This document shows, in pieces, positions 1 to 8,559 of a stretch of 64,000 nt of DNA; within the stretch, counting starts at the first letter, position 1, and each line of letters opens with the position of its first letter. Position numbers and translations under genes: made by a program. The stretch lies in the NCBI GenBank assembly GCA_964609855.1, contig CAZSTB010000002.1:15541-79540 (forward strand), in the 5' to 3' direction. This DNA comes from an uncultured Bdellovibrionales bacterium (lineage in GTDB: Bacteria > Patescibacteriota > Minisyncoccia > Moranbacterales > GWC2-37-73). Under the pieces are notes generated by a model. It saw nothing but the letters and a program-made list of their open reading frames with translations, did no database searches and was not told where the DNA came from.

Positions 1-236
1 GCGAGGTCAGTTGCCATTGAAGAAGTTGAAATAGCAGCTCCGCATCCCAATGTTTCAAACTTAACATCTTTAATTATCTCCTTGCCCTGTTTGTTTTTTT
101 TAACCTTGATATACATACGCATGATATCTCCACATTTTGGATTTCCGACAGTTCCCATTCCGTCTGGATTCTTCATGCTTCCTTGATTATGCGGCTTAGT
201 AAAGTGATCTAAGACTTTTTTTGAATATTTTTGCAT
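1..236 (-). CDS. iscU: Fe-S cluster assembly scaffold IscU/NifU-like (N-terminal part; gene runs off the 5' edge of the window)
   Basis: Hand translation of the reverse complement from the ATG at 236..234 gives MQKYSKKVLDHFTKPHNQGSMKNPDGMGTVGNPKCGDIMRMYIKVKK...ETLGCGAAISTSS, the conserved IscU/NifU N-terminus including the cluster-ligand Cys. It lies directly downstream of the cysteine desulfurase on the same strand. It is absent from the ORF track because it is truncated. Confidence 0.7.
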   Translation of the reverse strand, partial: MQKYSKKVLDHFTKPHNQGSMKNPDGMGTVGNPKCGDIMRMYIKVKKNKQGKEIIKDVKFETLGCGAAISTSSMATDL

Positions 237-329
237 AATTATAATTTATATAAACATGTTAGCATTCAAGCATTTAAACATTGAATGTATTTATGTTCGT
301 ATGTTAACATGATAAAATGTTAAAATGAT

Positions 330-1553
330 TTATTGGAAATCAGCTAGCACATTGCCTGAAATTTTTCTAAGACGCTTAACAACTTCTTTAAGTTTTTCAA
401 TTAAGATGTCCAACTCTTTTTTTGTTGTATATTTTCCCAGTGTAACTCTGAGGCTGCCGTGGGCTTGCTCATGCTTGAGTCCGAGCGAAAGTAATACATG
501 AGAAGGGTCTAATGCGCCAGAGGAGCAGGCAGAGCCTGTGGAGGCAGCGATTCCATCTAAATCTAGTGAAAGTATCAAACCTTCACCCTCAACATCGTCA
601 AAGCGGAAATTAGCGTTATTGGGAGAACGTTTTTCTTGGCTGCCGTTCAAGTATGATTTTGGAATTTCTTTAAGAACCCGCTTAATGAGATAATCCCGCA
701 ATTCCTCAATTTCTTTAATTTTTTTAGCGGTCGCAGGAGTCTTTATCAAGTTAATTGCCTCCCCTAAACCGACAATTGCTGGCACGCTATGTGTTCCTGC
801 TCGCAGTCTGTATTCTTGATCTCCGCCATCCTGAACCCTTTTTATAGGAGTGTTTTTCCTGACATACAAAAGGCCGATACCCTTAGGGCCATAAATCTTA
901 TGTGCCGACATGGAGAGTAAATCCACGCCTAAGTAATCAACATCGCAATTAAAATAATTTATCGCTTGGGTAGCATCGCTGTGAAAGATGATTTTCGGTT
1001 GTTTGTTTTGCAGACGTCCTTCATTGATGACTTTAAGCTCTTTTCCAATCTCTGCAACCGGCTGTAGCGTTCCAATCTCATTATTGACATACATAACACT
1101 TACCAAGATAGTGTTAGGTTTAATCGCGGCTTTAATGTCCTTTATTGAAATCAAACCGTTTTTATCTGGAGCAATAAATGTCACTTCGGCAAGACCATCT
1201 TTTTCAGCAAATTTGCATGCATCAAGAACACAGTGATGTTCAAATTTTGTTGTAATAATGTGTGGTTTTTCGCCTTCTTTTCTGGAAATTGAATAGAAAG
1301 ACCTAAGCGAGCCTTTTACAACGAGATTATTACTTTCTGTAGCGCCAGATGTAAAGATGATTTCAGATGGCGATGATCTGAAGAAAAGTGCCGCTTTAGC
1401 TCTAGCAGTATCAACAGCTTCCAGCGCATCTTGACCGAATCCATGAACACTCATAGCATTACCGAAATTCTCATTGAAAAACGGTAGCATTATTTCTAAA
1501 ACTTTTTTATCAACAGGTGTCGTTGCCGCGTAATCGAGGTAAATTTTTTTCAT
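330..1553 (-). CDS. iscS: cysteine desulfurase (IscS/NifS family, PLP-dependent)
   Basis: The 407-aa protein starts MKKIYLDYAATTPVD, has the class-V aminotransferase layout, the PLP-lysine region SMSAHKIYGPKG, and a C-terminal active-site Cys loop ASTGSACSSG. Confidence 0.9.
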   Translation of the reverse strand: MKKIYLDYAATTPVDKKVLEIMLPFFNENFGNAMSVHGFGQDALEAVDTARAKAALFFRSSPSEIIFTSGATESNNLVVKGSLRSFYSISRKEGEKPHIITTKFEHHCVLDACKFAEKDGLAEVTFIAPDKNGLISIKDIKAAIKPNTILVSVMYVNNEIGTLQPVAEIGKELKVINEGRLQNKQPKIIFHSDATQAINYFNCDVDYLGVDLLSMSAHKIYGPKGIGLLYVRKNTPIKRVQDGGDQEYRLRAGTHSVPAIVGLGEAINLIKTPATAKKIKEIEELRDYLIKRVLKEIPKSYLNGSQEKRSPNNANFRFDDVEGEGLILSLDLDGIAASTGSACSSGALDPSHVLLSLGLKHEQAHGSLRVTLGKYTTKKELDILIEKLKEVVKRLRKISGNVLADFQ

Positions 1554-1566
1554 CCTTATAATATTT

Positions 1567-1657
1567 TTGTCATTCTCGCGAAAGCGGGAATCCAGTTGTA
1601 ATTTAAATCGCTAGAAATAAATACGGGCTGGATCCCGGATCAAGTCCGGGATGACAA
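1567..1657. repeat. MITE/REP-like structured element A, bounded by TTGTCAT...ATGACAA and containing the hairpin ATCCCGGA-TCAAG-TCCGGGAT
   Basis: The 9-nt terminal inverted repeat and an 8-bp perfect stem are seen directly in the sequence. It sits between the Rrf2 regulator and iscS. Confidence 0.5.
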
Positions 1658-1668
1658 TGAAGAAGTTA

Positions 1669-2058
1669 TTATTTTACTAAATCGTTTAATTTAATTTTAT
1701 TTAAAGTCTTTTTTATCTGAAGTCCTAGTGTAATCCAAACAATACTAGAAGGACACTTGTGTTGACTTGCGCAAAACTTTCCAGCGCATCTCATTGGAGC
1801 AATCTCTCCATCAAGAATTTCAATTATTTCATCCACGGAAATTTTCTTCGGCTCTCGCACTAGAACATACCCGCCCATTTTACCCTTTGTACTTTCCACA
1901 ACATTTCCGTCTCTCAATTTTCCCATCAGACGTTCGAGATATTTTTGCGAAATCGCTTCCTCATTTGCAATCTCACCGATTGATTTCTGATTTGGATAAC
2001 ACTGAGCCAAGTTGGTCATTGCTTTGAGGCCATATTCGGCTTTTGTTGAAAATCGCAT
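1669..2058 (-). CDS. Rrf2-family transcriptional regulator (IscR-like)
   Basis: MRFSTKAEYGLKAM...GEIA is the Rrf2 N-terminal wHTH signature, and the gene sits at the head of an iscS-iscU operon. The ORF track extends to 2079, but the MRFSTK start at 2058 matches family N-termini. Of the three Cys typical of IscR, only CAGKFCASQHKC is present. Confidence 0.8.
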   Translation of the reverse strand: MRFSTKAEYGLKAMTNLAQCYPNQKSIGEIANEEAISQKYLERLMGKLRDGNVVESTKGKMGGYVLVREPKKISVDEIIEILDGEIAPMRCAGKFCASQHKCPSSIVWITLGLQIKKTLNKIKLNDLVK

Positions 2059-2072
2059 ATATATTTTGATGG

Positions 2073-2155
2073 TTGTCATCCTGAACTTGTTTCAGGATCT
2101 CGTTCAGGCTTGTTTGCCCCCTTCTGAATTCCAGATCTCTTGTACAGCATGACAA
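2073..2155. repeat. MITE/REP-like structured element B (TTGTCATCC...GCATGACAA) with hairpin ATCCTGAA-CTTGT-TTCAGGAT and nested GATCT/TTCAG inverted repeats
   Basis: Seen directly. It is the same family as element A but with compensatory stem changes, and it abuts the start codon region of the Rrf2 gene. Confidence 0.5.
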
Positions 2156-2295
2156 TGCTTATTAATCCCTACTTATTTAGTATGCTTTAAATATATCCGA
2201 TACTTAAATTGCTGTCAACTGTTGCTTGTTTTCTATTAAAATGGTAGTATTTTATGAAGTTGTTTGTTACCACCAACCAAAAGGAGAGTGATCTA

Positions 2296-2679
2296 ATGAA
2301 AGGCGATAATGAGGCATTTGAAACCCTAATGCAAGAAATGTTGAACAGAAAGTTCGTTATTTCGCGTGTTGATTCTTTTGTAGATGTATTCACTGCTTAC
2401 AATAAGAACTACTGGGAAAGAAATACACTTATCATAGTGCAAGTAAGCAGAGAGGGAAACATCCTAGTGCTCTTAAGCGGTACCTCCATCAGGAATCTCA
2501 GTCAAAAGCAAATAGATGCAGTGATGTGTGAATATATGGAACATTTCGACCTAAATGATGATGGCCAACTGCTCCATGTCATGCACCTTGATGCCAATGA
2601 TGCCCCTGATGCACGCGAGATTGATCGCGTAGCCAACATAACCACAAGAGCATACAGCCTTGCGGCAACAAACGGTTAA
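2296..2679 (+). CDS. hypothetical protein (no recognisable domain)
   Basis: The ORF has an AAGGAG Shine-Dalgarno about 8 nt upstream of the ATG at 2296; the track's upstream M at 2254 lacks an RBS. A hairpin terminator follows at about 2705-2740. Confidence 0.5.
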   Translation: MKGDNEAFETLMQEMLNRKFVISRVDSFVDVFTAYNKNYWERNTLIIVQVSREGNILVLLSGTSIRNLSQKQIDAVMCEYMEHFDLNDDGQLLHVMHLDANDAPDAREIDRVANITTRAYSLAATNG

Positions 2680-2740
2680 CACATAATACGGTGTTTTCAA
2701 AATCAAAAGGTCGGTAGCAATTTGCTCCTGGCCTTTTATC

Positions 2741-2768
2741 TTGCCCTCCATCCCCTATTTGTTATAAT
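2741..2768 (+). promoter_or_regulatory. sigma70-like promoter (TTGCCC-16-TGtTATAAT, extended -10) for the nuclease gene
   Basis: Read directly from the sequence; it lies about 60 nt upstream of the ATG at 2829. Confidence 0.4.
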
Positions 2769-2828
2769 GAATAATAAGTAAAAATAACCTAAAAGCTAGA
2801 GGCTAACTACTGAAAGCAAATTTAATCT

Positions 2829-3959
2829 ATGCGAATTTCATATTCAGCGCTCGAATCATTTAAAAATTGCTCCCTGAAATACAAATTTCAAAATATTGAT
2901 AAGATTAAAGAACCGAAATCCAAGGAAGCAGTTTTTGGAACACTTATTCATGCAACCTTAAAATTCATTCACGCGCCGCAACTTATTCCGCCAAAATTAG
3001 AGGAAGCTTTAGATTATTTCTCCAAAAACTGGAACAGTGATGTTTTTGAGGATGAGTTGGAAGACAGAAATGCTTTTGCACAGGGTGTGGCCATTATCCA
3101 GGATTATTATAAAAAAAATAACCCGTCAGATTTCACAATCGTGGATCTTGAGAGTCGTTTTCAGATAGAAATTGAGGACAAGGAAAGGCATTCTTCGCAT
3201 ATAATCTCGGGTATTGTCGATCGCATAGATAAAACTGAGGACGGATATGAGATTATCGATTATAAGACTACTAAGAAAATGCCTTCACAGGAAAAAGTGG
3301 ACGAGGATCTTCAGCTTTCCGTTTATCTGAATGCATTTTTAGCTCGCTATCCCAAAGAAGCTGACAAATTGGATAAAGTTACGGTAAGTCTATATTATCT
3401 CAAGCATGGCGTAAAATTGAGCTCTACAAGAACCTTAGCACAATTACAAAATGCCAAACAGCTTTTCTTGGACGTAATTGCGGAAATAGAAAAGGGAGAA
3501 TTTGTTCCAAATGTTACACCACTGTGTGATTGGTGCGGTTTTCAAAAATTTTGTCCGATGTGGAAGCATAAATTTAAAGATGAACGAAAAATTGATACCG
3601 AGGAGGTAAACGCCGCAATCAGCGACTACATCAACTTAAAGTCTGCCATCACATCCACGAAACTGCAGCTCATGCAGCTTCAGGAAAAAATTGCGAAATA
3701 TATGGAACAAGAGGGTGTAGAACGGGTCTTTTCTGAAGAAGGTATAATTGCGCAAACTTTGCGTAAAACCTATAAGTACGATGAGAAACAATTGAGAGAA
3801 ATTCTTGAGCCCATAGATAAATGGGAATCTGTCTTGAAAGTTGATGGCATAGCGCTTAAAGGAATTATGGGTGTGCTTTCGCCAGGTGTCAGACAAGATG
3901 TTGAAAGAGCAAGAGTTTTAGATAAACAGTCTAAGAGCTTGACTGTAAAGAAAAAATGA
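2829..3959 (+). CDS. PD-(D/E)XK nuclease, Cas4/RecB-like, with a C-terminal Cys cluster and a ~130-aa C-terminal extension
   Basis: It has the motif IVDRIDKTEDGYEIIDYKTTKK (D...EIIDYK core), followed by CDWCGFQKFCPMW (a three/four-Cys Fe-S-type cluster as in Cas4/AddB). An extra helical tail continues to residue 376. Confidence 0.75.
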   Translation: MRISYSALESFKNCSLKYKFQNIDKIKEPKSKEAVFGTLIHATLKFIHAPQLIPPKLEEALDYFSKNWNSDVFEDELEDRNAFAQGVAIIQDYYKKNNPSDFTIVDLESRFQIEIEDKERHSSHIISGIVDRIDKTEDGYEIIDYKTTKKMPSQEKVDEDLQLSVYLNAFLARYPKEADKLDKVTVSLYYLKHGVKLSSTRTLAQLQNAKQLFLDVIAEIEKGEFVPNVTPLCDWCGFQKFCPMWKHKFKDERKIDTEEVNAAISDYINLKSAITSTKLQLMQLQEKIAKYMEQEGVERVFSEEGIIAQTLRKTYKYDEKQLREILEPIDKWESVLKVDGIALKGIMGVLSPGVRQDVERARVLDKQSKSLTVKKK

Positions 3960-4011
3960 TTCAGATCAATTGATTCCTTAACAATGCAATATTATCTCAA
4001 GGGGGTGTACA

Positions 4012-4419
4012 ATGTCTAAGCGCATCAAAAAAAGAAAATGTAGGAGTATGACGTTTAGAAGGATAAGAACTGGCAAGAAAAGAACAGTAAAGCAACAGGA
4101 AATTATTCAAGAAAAAGACTACAGGTTTATTTATCGTAAAAAATATTACTTTAACTACCTTTTATTTCCATTGCTCATTGTTCTTATTTTTGTAGTTTCT
4201 GCCAACAAGACTTCATCTGGCTTTTTAACTTCCATGAAGCTTCTGGCACTTTCCGCAATGGGCTTTTCGATTTATATGAATTATCTGAATCGTGTAAGGA
4301 AAGATAAGGTTAACAATCTGATAAATTTCGAATTAGCGGCAACGATTACGACTTTTATAAGCTATTTCGGATTAGCCTGTAGCGCCATATTGATTGCCTG
4401 TATTATCATTTTTGCGTAA
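4012..4419 (+). CDS. small membrane protein with a highly basic N-terminus (KRIKKRKCRSMTFRRIRTGKKR) and 2-3 TM helices
   Basis: The ORF lies just downstream of the nuclease, and hydrophobic segments are evident. No family is recognised. Confidence 0.45.
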   Translation: MSKRIKKRKCRSMTFRRIRTGKKRTVKQQEIIQEKDYRFIYRKKYYFNYLLFPLLIVLIFVVSANKTSSGFLTSMKLLALSAMGFSIYMNYLNRVRKDKVNNLINFELAATITTFISYFGLACSAILIACIIIFA

Positions 4420-4541
4420 CAATTTTTTGAAGATTACTAAAATTAAGAGGTCTGATGATAAAGGTTTAATTTCCATTATTTGACCAAGCTAAATTAGATA
4501 AGAAAACTAAGAGGCACTCGCCACTAGTGAGCAACAAAAAA

Positions 4542-4566
4542 AGCTGATCAACTGATCAGCTTTTTA
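4542..4566. terminator. bidirectional rho-independent terminator (AGCTGATCA-AC-TGATCAGCT palindrome flanked by A-run and T-run)
   Basis: Perfect palindrome with poly-A on one side and poly-T on the other, lying between convergent genes. Confidence 0.6.
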
Positions 4567-5274
4567 AAATTTCACATATTTCTCCCAACATTCATACAGA
4601 GCCTTGGTGGCTCGCAGATCGCCCACGTTGTAGCGCGCAATATCTAAAAATCTTTGCTCTTTAAAAAGCATTCCTACATCATCTCCGGTAATCCCTTCAT
4701 TCTTTGGACTCTTAATACCAAATGCTCGCGACCAAAGATGCAGATTCCCTTTTCTTCTCACGCTCCCATAAAAAGTTAATTGATCAAGTAAATCAACATG
4801 TCTAGCATTTCGTGGCTGACTGGTGAGATAGCGATTTGCCATCAAATTCTTCGTAGGACGAATACCGCAAATCGCACTTCGCACCGTTAAAAATGGAACA
4901 TCAAATCCCCGTCCATTAAAGCTAATGAACTCGTCATATTTTTCAACCAGATTCCAGAATTGAACAAGCATTTCTTTTTCACCCAAAACTCGATACTTTA
5001 TATTGCCCTCATCGAAATTGGTAATATTGCCGTCAGGTGCCTGGAAATAAACGATGCCCTTATCTCTCTCAATATCGTAAACACCAATTGCCACAATTTG
5101 TCCTGTAAGCGGAGAAAAACCTAGACCGTTTTTTACTTCTGTTAGGCTCTTTTCATAGTCTTCTTCACCTTCAGATTCTTTTTTTATCCAACGGGTAAGA
5201 ACATCTTGAGTCGTCTGATCAAGCGTGTCAAAATCTTCCCCAATTGTTTCGATATCAAAAACTATCTTTCCCAT
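4564..5274 (-). CDS. DnaQ-fold 3'-5' exonuclease related to the PolB exonuclease domain (COG3298-like)
   Basis: The N-terminal FDIETIG acidic Exo-I motif, the Exo-II-like FNGRGFDVPFL region, and a size of about 236 aa all fit this family. Confidence 0.7.
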   Translation of the reverse strand: MGKIVFDIETIGEDFDTLDQTTQDVLTRWIKKESEGEEDYEKSLTEVKNGLGFSPLTGQIVAIGVYDIERDKGIVYFQAPDGNITNFDEGNIKYRVLGEKEMLVQFWNLVEKYDEFISFNGRGFDVPFLTVRSAICGIRPTKNLMANRYLTSQPRNARHVDLLDQLTFYGSVRRKGNLHLWSRAFGIKSPKNEGITGDDVGMLFKEQRFLDIARYNVGDLRATKALYECWEKYVKF

Positions 5275-5385
5275 AAATTGAATTTTCTTAATTATAGCAT
5301 ATGATAGCTATTGTTTTCATTTTTGTGGTAAAATGTGGATGACTTTTTTGTTCTTACACAAGTGAATCATACAAGGAGATGAATC

Positions 5386-5967
5386 ATGGTAAACCTAATG
5401 GAAGATATTAGAATGTGGTACTCATTTTTGAGCAATTCCCCGGTTTCAATCGTAGCAAAAAAATATTTTTTCGATGGCAAGAGCTACGTAGGCGGTGAGA
5501 TAGTTCGCGCCAGTCACGCAAAAGCTGAACATCATGATAGAAAAATTGAAGAAATTCTTGGTCTTACAGATTTTGATTTATTGCCGCTAGAACAAGCTAA
5601 TAAGATTCTTGCGGATGATATTCAAGTCATGCTAACTAAGAAGCCTATTAAATATAGGGTTGAAAGCGTTACGCATAAAAACGGTAAAACCGTTTGGAAA
5701 TCGGTATCAAAGTGGCCAATGATGCACGGAGATTTTCCCTACGGTGTGCTTGGTATTTCCATCGATATCACCGAGCAGGTAGAAACAGAAGAACGTTTAA
5801 AACTGCTCAATGTTCAGGTTGAAAAATTACTTTTCACGATCAAAGCACCTCTTGAAAAGTTAGATTTAATCCTAAGGAAATTACGGTGTCAAAAATTTGA
5901 ATTTGCAAAAAGGATTTCTGAAGCCGTTAATCTTATCAGGGCAATTGAAAAAAAGAATCAGGTTTAA
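5386..5967 (+). CDS. PAS-domain-like protein
   Basis: The central region (…GKTVWKSVSKWPM…GVLGISIDITEQ) resembles a PAS/PAC fold. There is no output domain. Confidence 0.4.
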   Translation: MVNLMEDIRMWYSFLSNSPVSIVAKKYFFDGKSYVGGEIVRASHAKAEHHDRKIEEILGLTDFDLLPLEQANKILADDIQVMLTKKPIKYRVESVTHKNGKTVWKSVSKWPMMHGDFPYGVLGISIDITEQVETEERLKLLNVQVEKLLFTIKAPLEKLDLILRKLRCQKFEFAKRISEAVNLIRAIEKKNQV

Positions 5968-5984
5968 CTGCTTTCTTATCATGG

Positions 5985-6016
5985 AAAACAGCCTTTCAAA
6001 TGAAAGGCTGTTTTAA
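5985..6016. terminator. bidirectional hairpin terminator (AACAGCCTTTC-AAA-TGAAAGGCTGTT + TTTT)
   Basis: Seen directly; it lies between convergent genes. Confidence 0.55.
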
Positions 6017-6101
6017 AAAGTTTATTTTTTGAATTGGCAACAATGTAAAAGTTTTGTACCGCTAAAAGGGTCCGATGCTCGCCCAGGCTCTTAATACCTT
6101 T

Positions 6102-6794
6102 TTATTTAATCGTCGTACCAATGAATTTCTCTTCGTCTAGATACTTTTTGAAATTATTTAAATTTTTACCATTCAAGATTACCACTTCCATTCCCTCTTG
6201 GCCTGCCATCTTTGAAGCTACTGGATCAAAGGGAAGATTTGAACTTGGGTTCCATTCATCACCGACTATTTTTTGAAATTCTGGCCAGGAGATATTTTCA
6301 ATCTTCTTAGCATCTTCATTAAATCTCGGGTCTTTATCACAGACATAGTCAATATTGGAAAGATTTGCAATTTTAGTTGCGCCAAATTGCTTAGCTAACA
6401 AAACCGCAATGTAATCAGTAGAATTTCCTGGTCTATATCCAGCTGCAATCAAGATGGACTCCTTTGCCTTCAGAAAACTTTCCAAGTCGTAAGGATTTTT
6501 ATTGATTGTTGGATGAGCGTGCTTCTTGAAGATAGTTCGTAAGAAATGTGCATTTAGTCTGGTCGCATGGATTCCTATCCAATCCTTGTCTTCACTATCG
6601 ATGTTGCCAATCTGCACACCAGCTTCAACATACTTTCTAGCAAGTCTTCCGCCACCAGTAATGATAATGAACCTATAACCGTTTTCGATTTCTTGCTCAA
6701 TTAGTTGTTTGAAATCCTTAACAAATTGCCAATCAATCTCTTCCGGCACAATAAGCGACCCACCAAGTGAAATGATAACTGTTTTTTTATTCAT
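6102..6794 (-). CDS. pyrH: UMP kinase, archaeal type (amino-acid kinase family)
   Basis: ISLGGSLIVPE, FIIITGGGRLARKYVE, GIHATRLNA and AGYRPGNSTDYIAVLLAKQFGA match archaeal PyrH motifs (GGSVLVPE / VVGGGKLARKYIE / GIQITRANA / GGTHPGHTTDAVAALLAE) rather than the bacterial form. Confidence 0.8.
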   Translation of the reverse strand: MNKKTVIISLGGSLIVPEEIDWQFVKDFKQLIEQEIENGYRFIIITGGGRLARKYVEAGVQIGNIDSEDKDWIGIHATRLNAHFLRTIFKKHAHPTINKNPYDLESFLKAKESILIAAGYRPGNSTDYIAVLLAKQFGATKIANLSNIDYVCDKDPRFNEDAKKIENISWPEFQKIVGDEWNPSSNLPFDPVASKMAGQEGMEVVILNGKNLNNFKKYLDEEKFIGTTIK

Positions 6795-6860
6795 TGCAGT
6801 TTAGGAAAAAATATTACTTTTTCAATTTTAGCATCATCGAAACGATGAATCAATTGAGCG

Positions 6861-7562
6861 CTAAATTCTATCTGGATAATTAGAGAATATTCCGTCAACT
6901 CCTATTTTTTTCATTTTTTCTATATCTTTCAGGTTGTTTACTGTATAAACAAACACCTTAAAGCCACTCTTTCTCATCAAATGAATTTTTTTTATTGAAA
7001 CTGCGCTAAGTTCCATATTGATAACATAAGCATTCAATTTGCCAGCAATATCCAAAATATTTTCAAGCCTGTATTTTAAAAATCCTTTAATTCTTCTTTT
7101 GGCTAAAATTCCGATTCTTATTTCGCTATTTATTTGCCGAAACTTTTCAAGCTCATTCCAATTAAAAGAAGAAACGATGAAATCCTCCACTGACCAATTC
7201 TTCTCCGTAATGTATTGCTTGATTATATCAGCAACAGGTTTCACACAATCGCAGCATTTAAGTTCAATATTTACTTTTACGCGCCTATTGATTAAATTCA
7301 AAACCTCAGATAAGGTCGGAATTTTTTCGCCCCCACTTACGCTGCATAACTTCAATTCTTTTAGCGAAAAGTCTTTCACTAAACCTCGGCCGTCAGTTGT
7401 TCGGTCCACTGAAAAATCATGAATCACTACGACCTCCCCGTCTCTACTCAATTGCACGTCGAACTCAACCATATCAACCTTTAAATCAATGGCCCTGGAA
7501 AATGATGCAAGTGTATTTTCTGGCGCATAGCCGCAAGCTCCGCGATGTCCAATCTTAAGCAT
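6861..7562 (-). CDS. glycerophosphodiester phosphodiesterase (GDPD family)
   Basis: The HRGACGYAPENT…MVEFDVQLSRDGEVVVIHD signature is present. The likely start is MLKIGHRG at 7562, which avoids overlap with the upstream gene. Confidence 0.75.
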   Translation of the reverse strand: MLKIGHRGACGYAPENTLASFSRAIDLKVDMVEFDVQLSRDGEVVVIHDFSVDRTTDGRGLVKDFSLKELKLCSVSGGEKIPTLSEVLNLINRRVKVNIELKCCDCVKPVADIIKQYITEKNWSVEDFIVSSFNWNELEKFRQINSEIRIGILAKRRIKGFLKYRLENILDIAGKLNAYVINMELSAVSIKKIHLMRKSGFKVFVYTVNNLKDIEKMKKIGVDGIFSNYPDRI

Positions 7563-7878
7563 TTCTATATTTATTGATGTGTTCATCTGCCTGCGCTTTT
7601 GTTTCATGCAATTTAGTAATTGTTTGATTTATTTCATCCTTGATTCCGAGAAACATTCCCAAGCCTTTCTGAAGTTCATCCAGACCTTTTTGATATTTTT
7701 CTATCACGTCCGTACTCGCATTTTCGCCGACTTGTTTTTCTAGAAGTTCCTGCCCGATTTGCATGTGGTTTTCTATTTCTTCAATTTCTCCATTAATTTT
7801 TTTTAAATCTTGCGCCAGTCTTTCATTTATTTCTTCAAAAGTTTTAGGTTGCTCGCTATTGTCCATAATTTTTTTCAT
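7555..7878 (-). CDS. small coiled-coil protein
   Basis: Heptad-rich sequence with no recognisable domain. Confidence 0.35.
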   Translation of the reverse strand: MKKIMDNSEQPKTFEEINERLAQDLKKINGEIEEIENHMQIGQELLEKQVGENASTDVIEKYQKGLDELQKGLGMFLGIKDEINQTITKLHETKAQADEHINKYRNA

Positions 7879-8477
7879 TTCTTTAATGCTAAAGTGAACC
7901 ATTCTTTCCCACGCGAAGTAAATTTGTTCTCATAAACTGTTTTAAATTTCTTGCCAGCTACATTTTTGATATCCTCTGGTAAATAATAATAGAAGACTCG
8001 TTTTCCGTATTCATCATCTTTTATCACCTCCCTGTATGCACCATATTTCAGAGAGATATAAATAACCCCACCCTTATTTAATTTCTCGTAGATTTGTTGA
8101 AAGATATTCTTAAGAGCTTCTTTATTGAAATGCGAAAGTGATACAAAAGAATAAACTATATCAATTTGCTGCAAGGAAAAAAATTCGAAATCTTCCGCGT
8201 CAATAATAATAAAGCTGCCATGAGGTGCAGTTTGGCGTGCAAGTTTAATCATGGAATATGAGCTGTCGATACCTATATACTGATTTGTTCTCTCTAAAAT
8301 TTCTCTTGCATCCCTACCGTTACCGCAACCGATTTCCAAGACGAAAGGATTGAATTTCCCAACAAAATAAAAAGCTCTATCTATGTCTTCAATGCGAGGA
8401 CCAACACAATTAAATTCCACAGCCATTAAGTCTGCACTTTTGTCGTAGGTTTCTTGTGTGATCAGCTTTTTGTCCAC
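7875..8477 (-). CDS. class I SAM-dependent methyltransferase
   Basis: Motif I VLEIGCGNGRD is present. Confidence 0.75.
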   Translation of the reverse strand: MDKKLITQETYDKSADLMAVEFNCVGPRIEDIDRAFYFVGKFNPFVLEIGCGNGRDAREILERTNQYIGIDSSYSMIKLARQTAPHGSFIIIDAEDFEFFSLQQIDIVYSFVSLSHFNKEALKNIFQQIYEKLNKGGVIYISLKYGAYREVIKDDEYGKRVFYYYLPEDIKNVAGKKFKTVYENKFTSRGKEWFTLALKK

Positions 8478-8559
8478 ATCGTTGAAATTAAAATTTCATC
8501 TGAAACATTGCTTGATCTGAAACAAATTTATTTTAAAGCTTTTTTGAAAAATATACAAA

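Noticed and set aside
4012-4419. Basic N-terminus (KRIKKRKCRSM…RRIRTGKKR) as a transposase or DNA-binding HTH
   Set aside because: The protein is too short and the remainder is entirely hydrophobic. It is more consistent with a small membrane protein with a positive-inside anchor.
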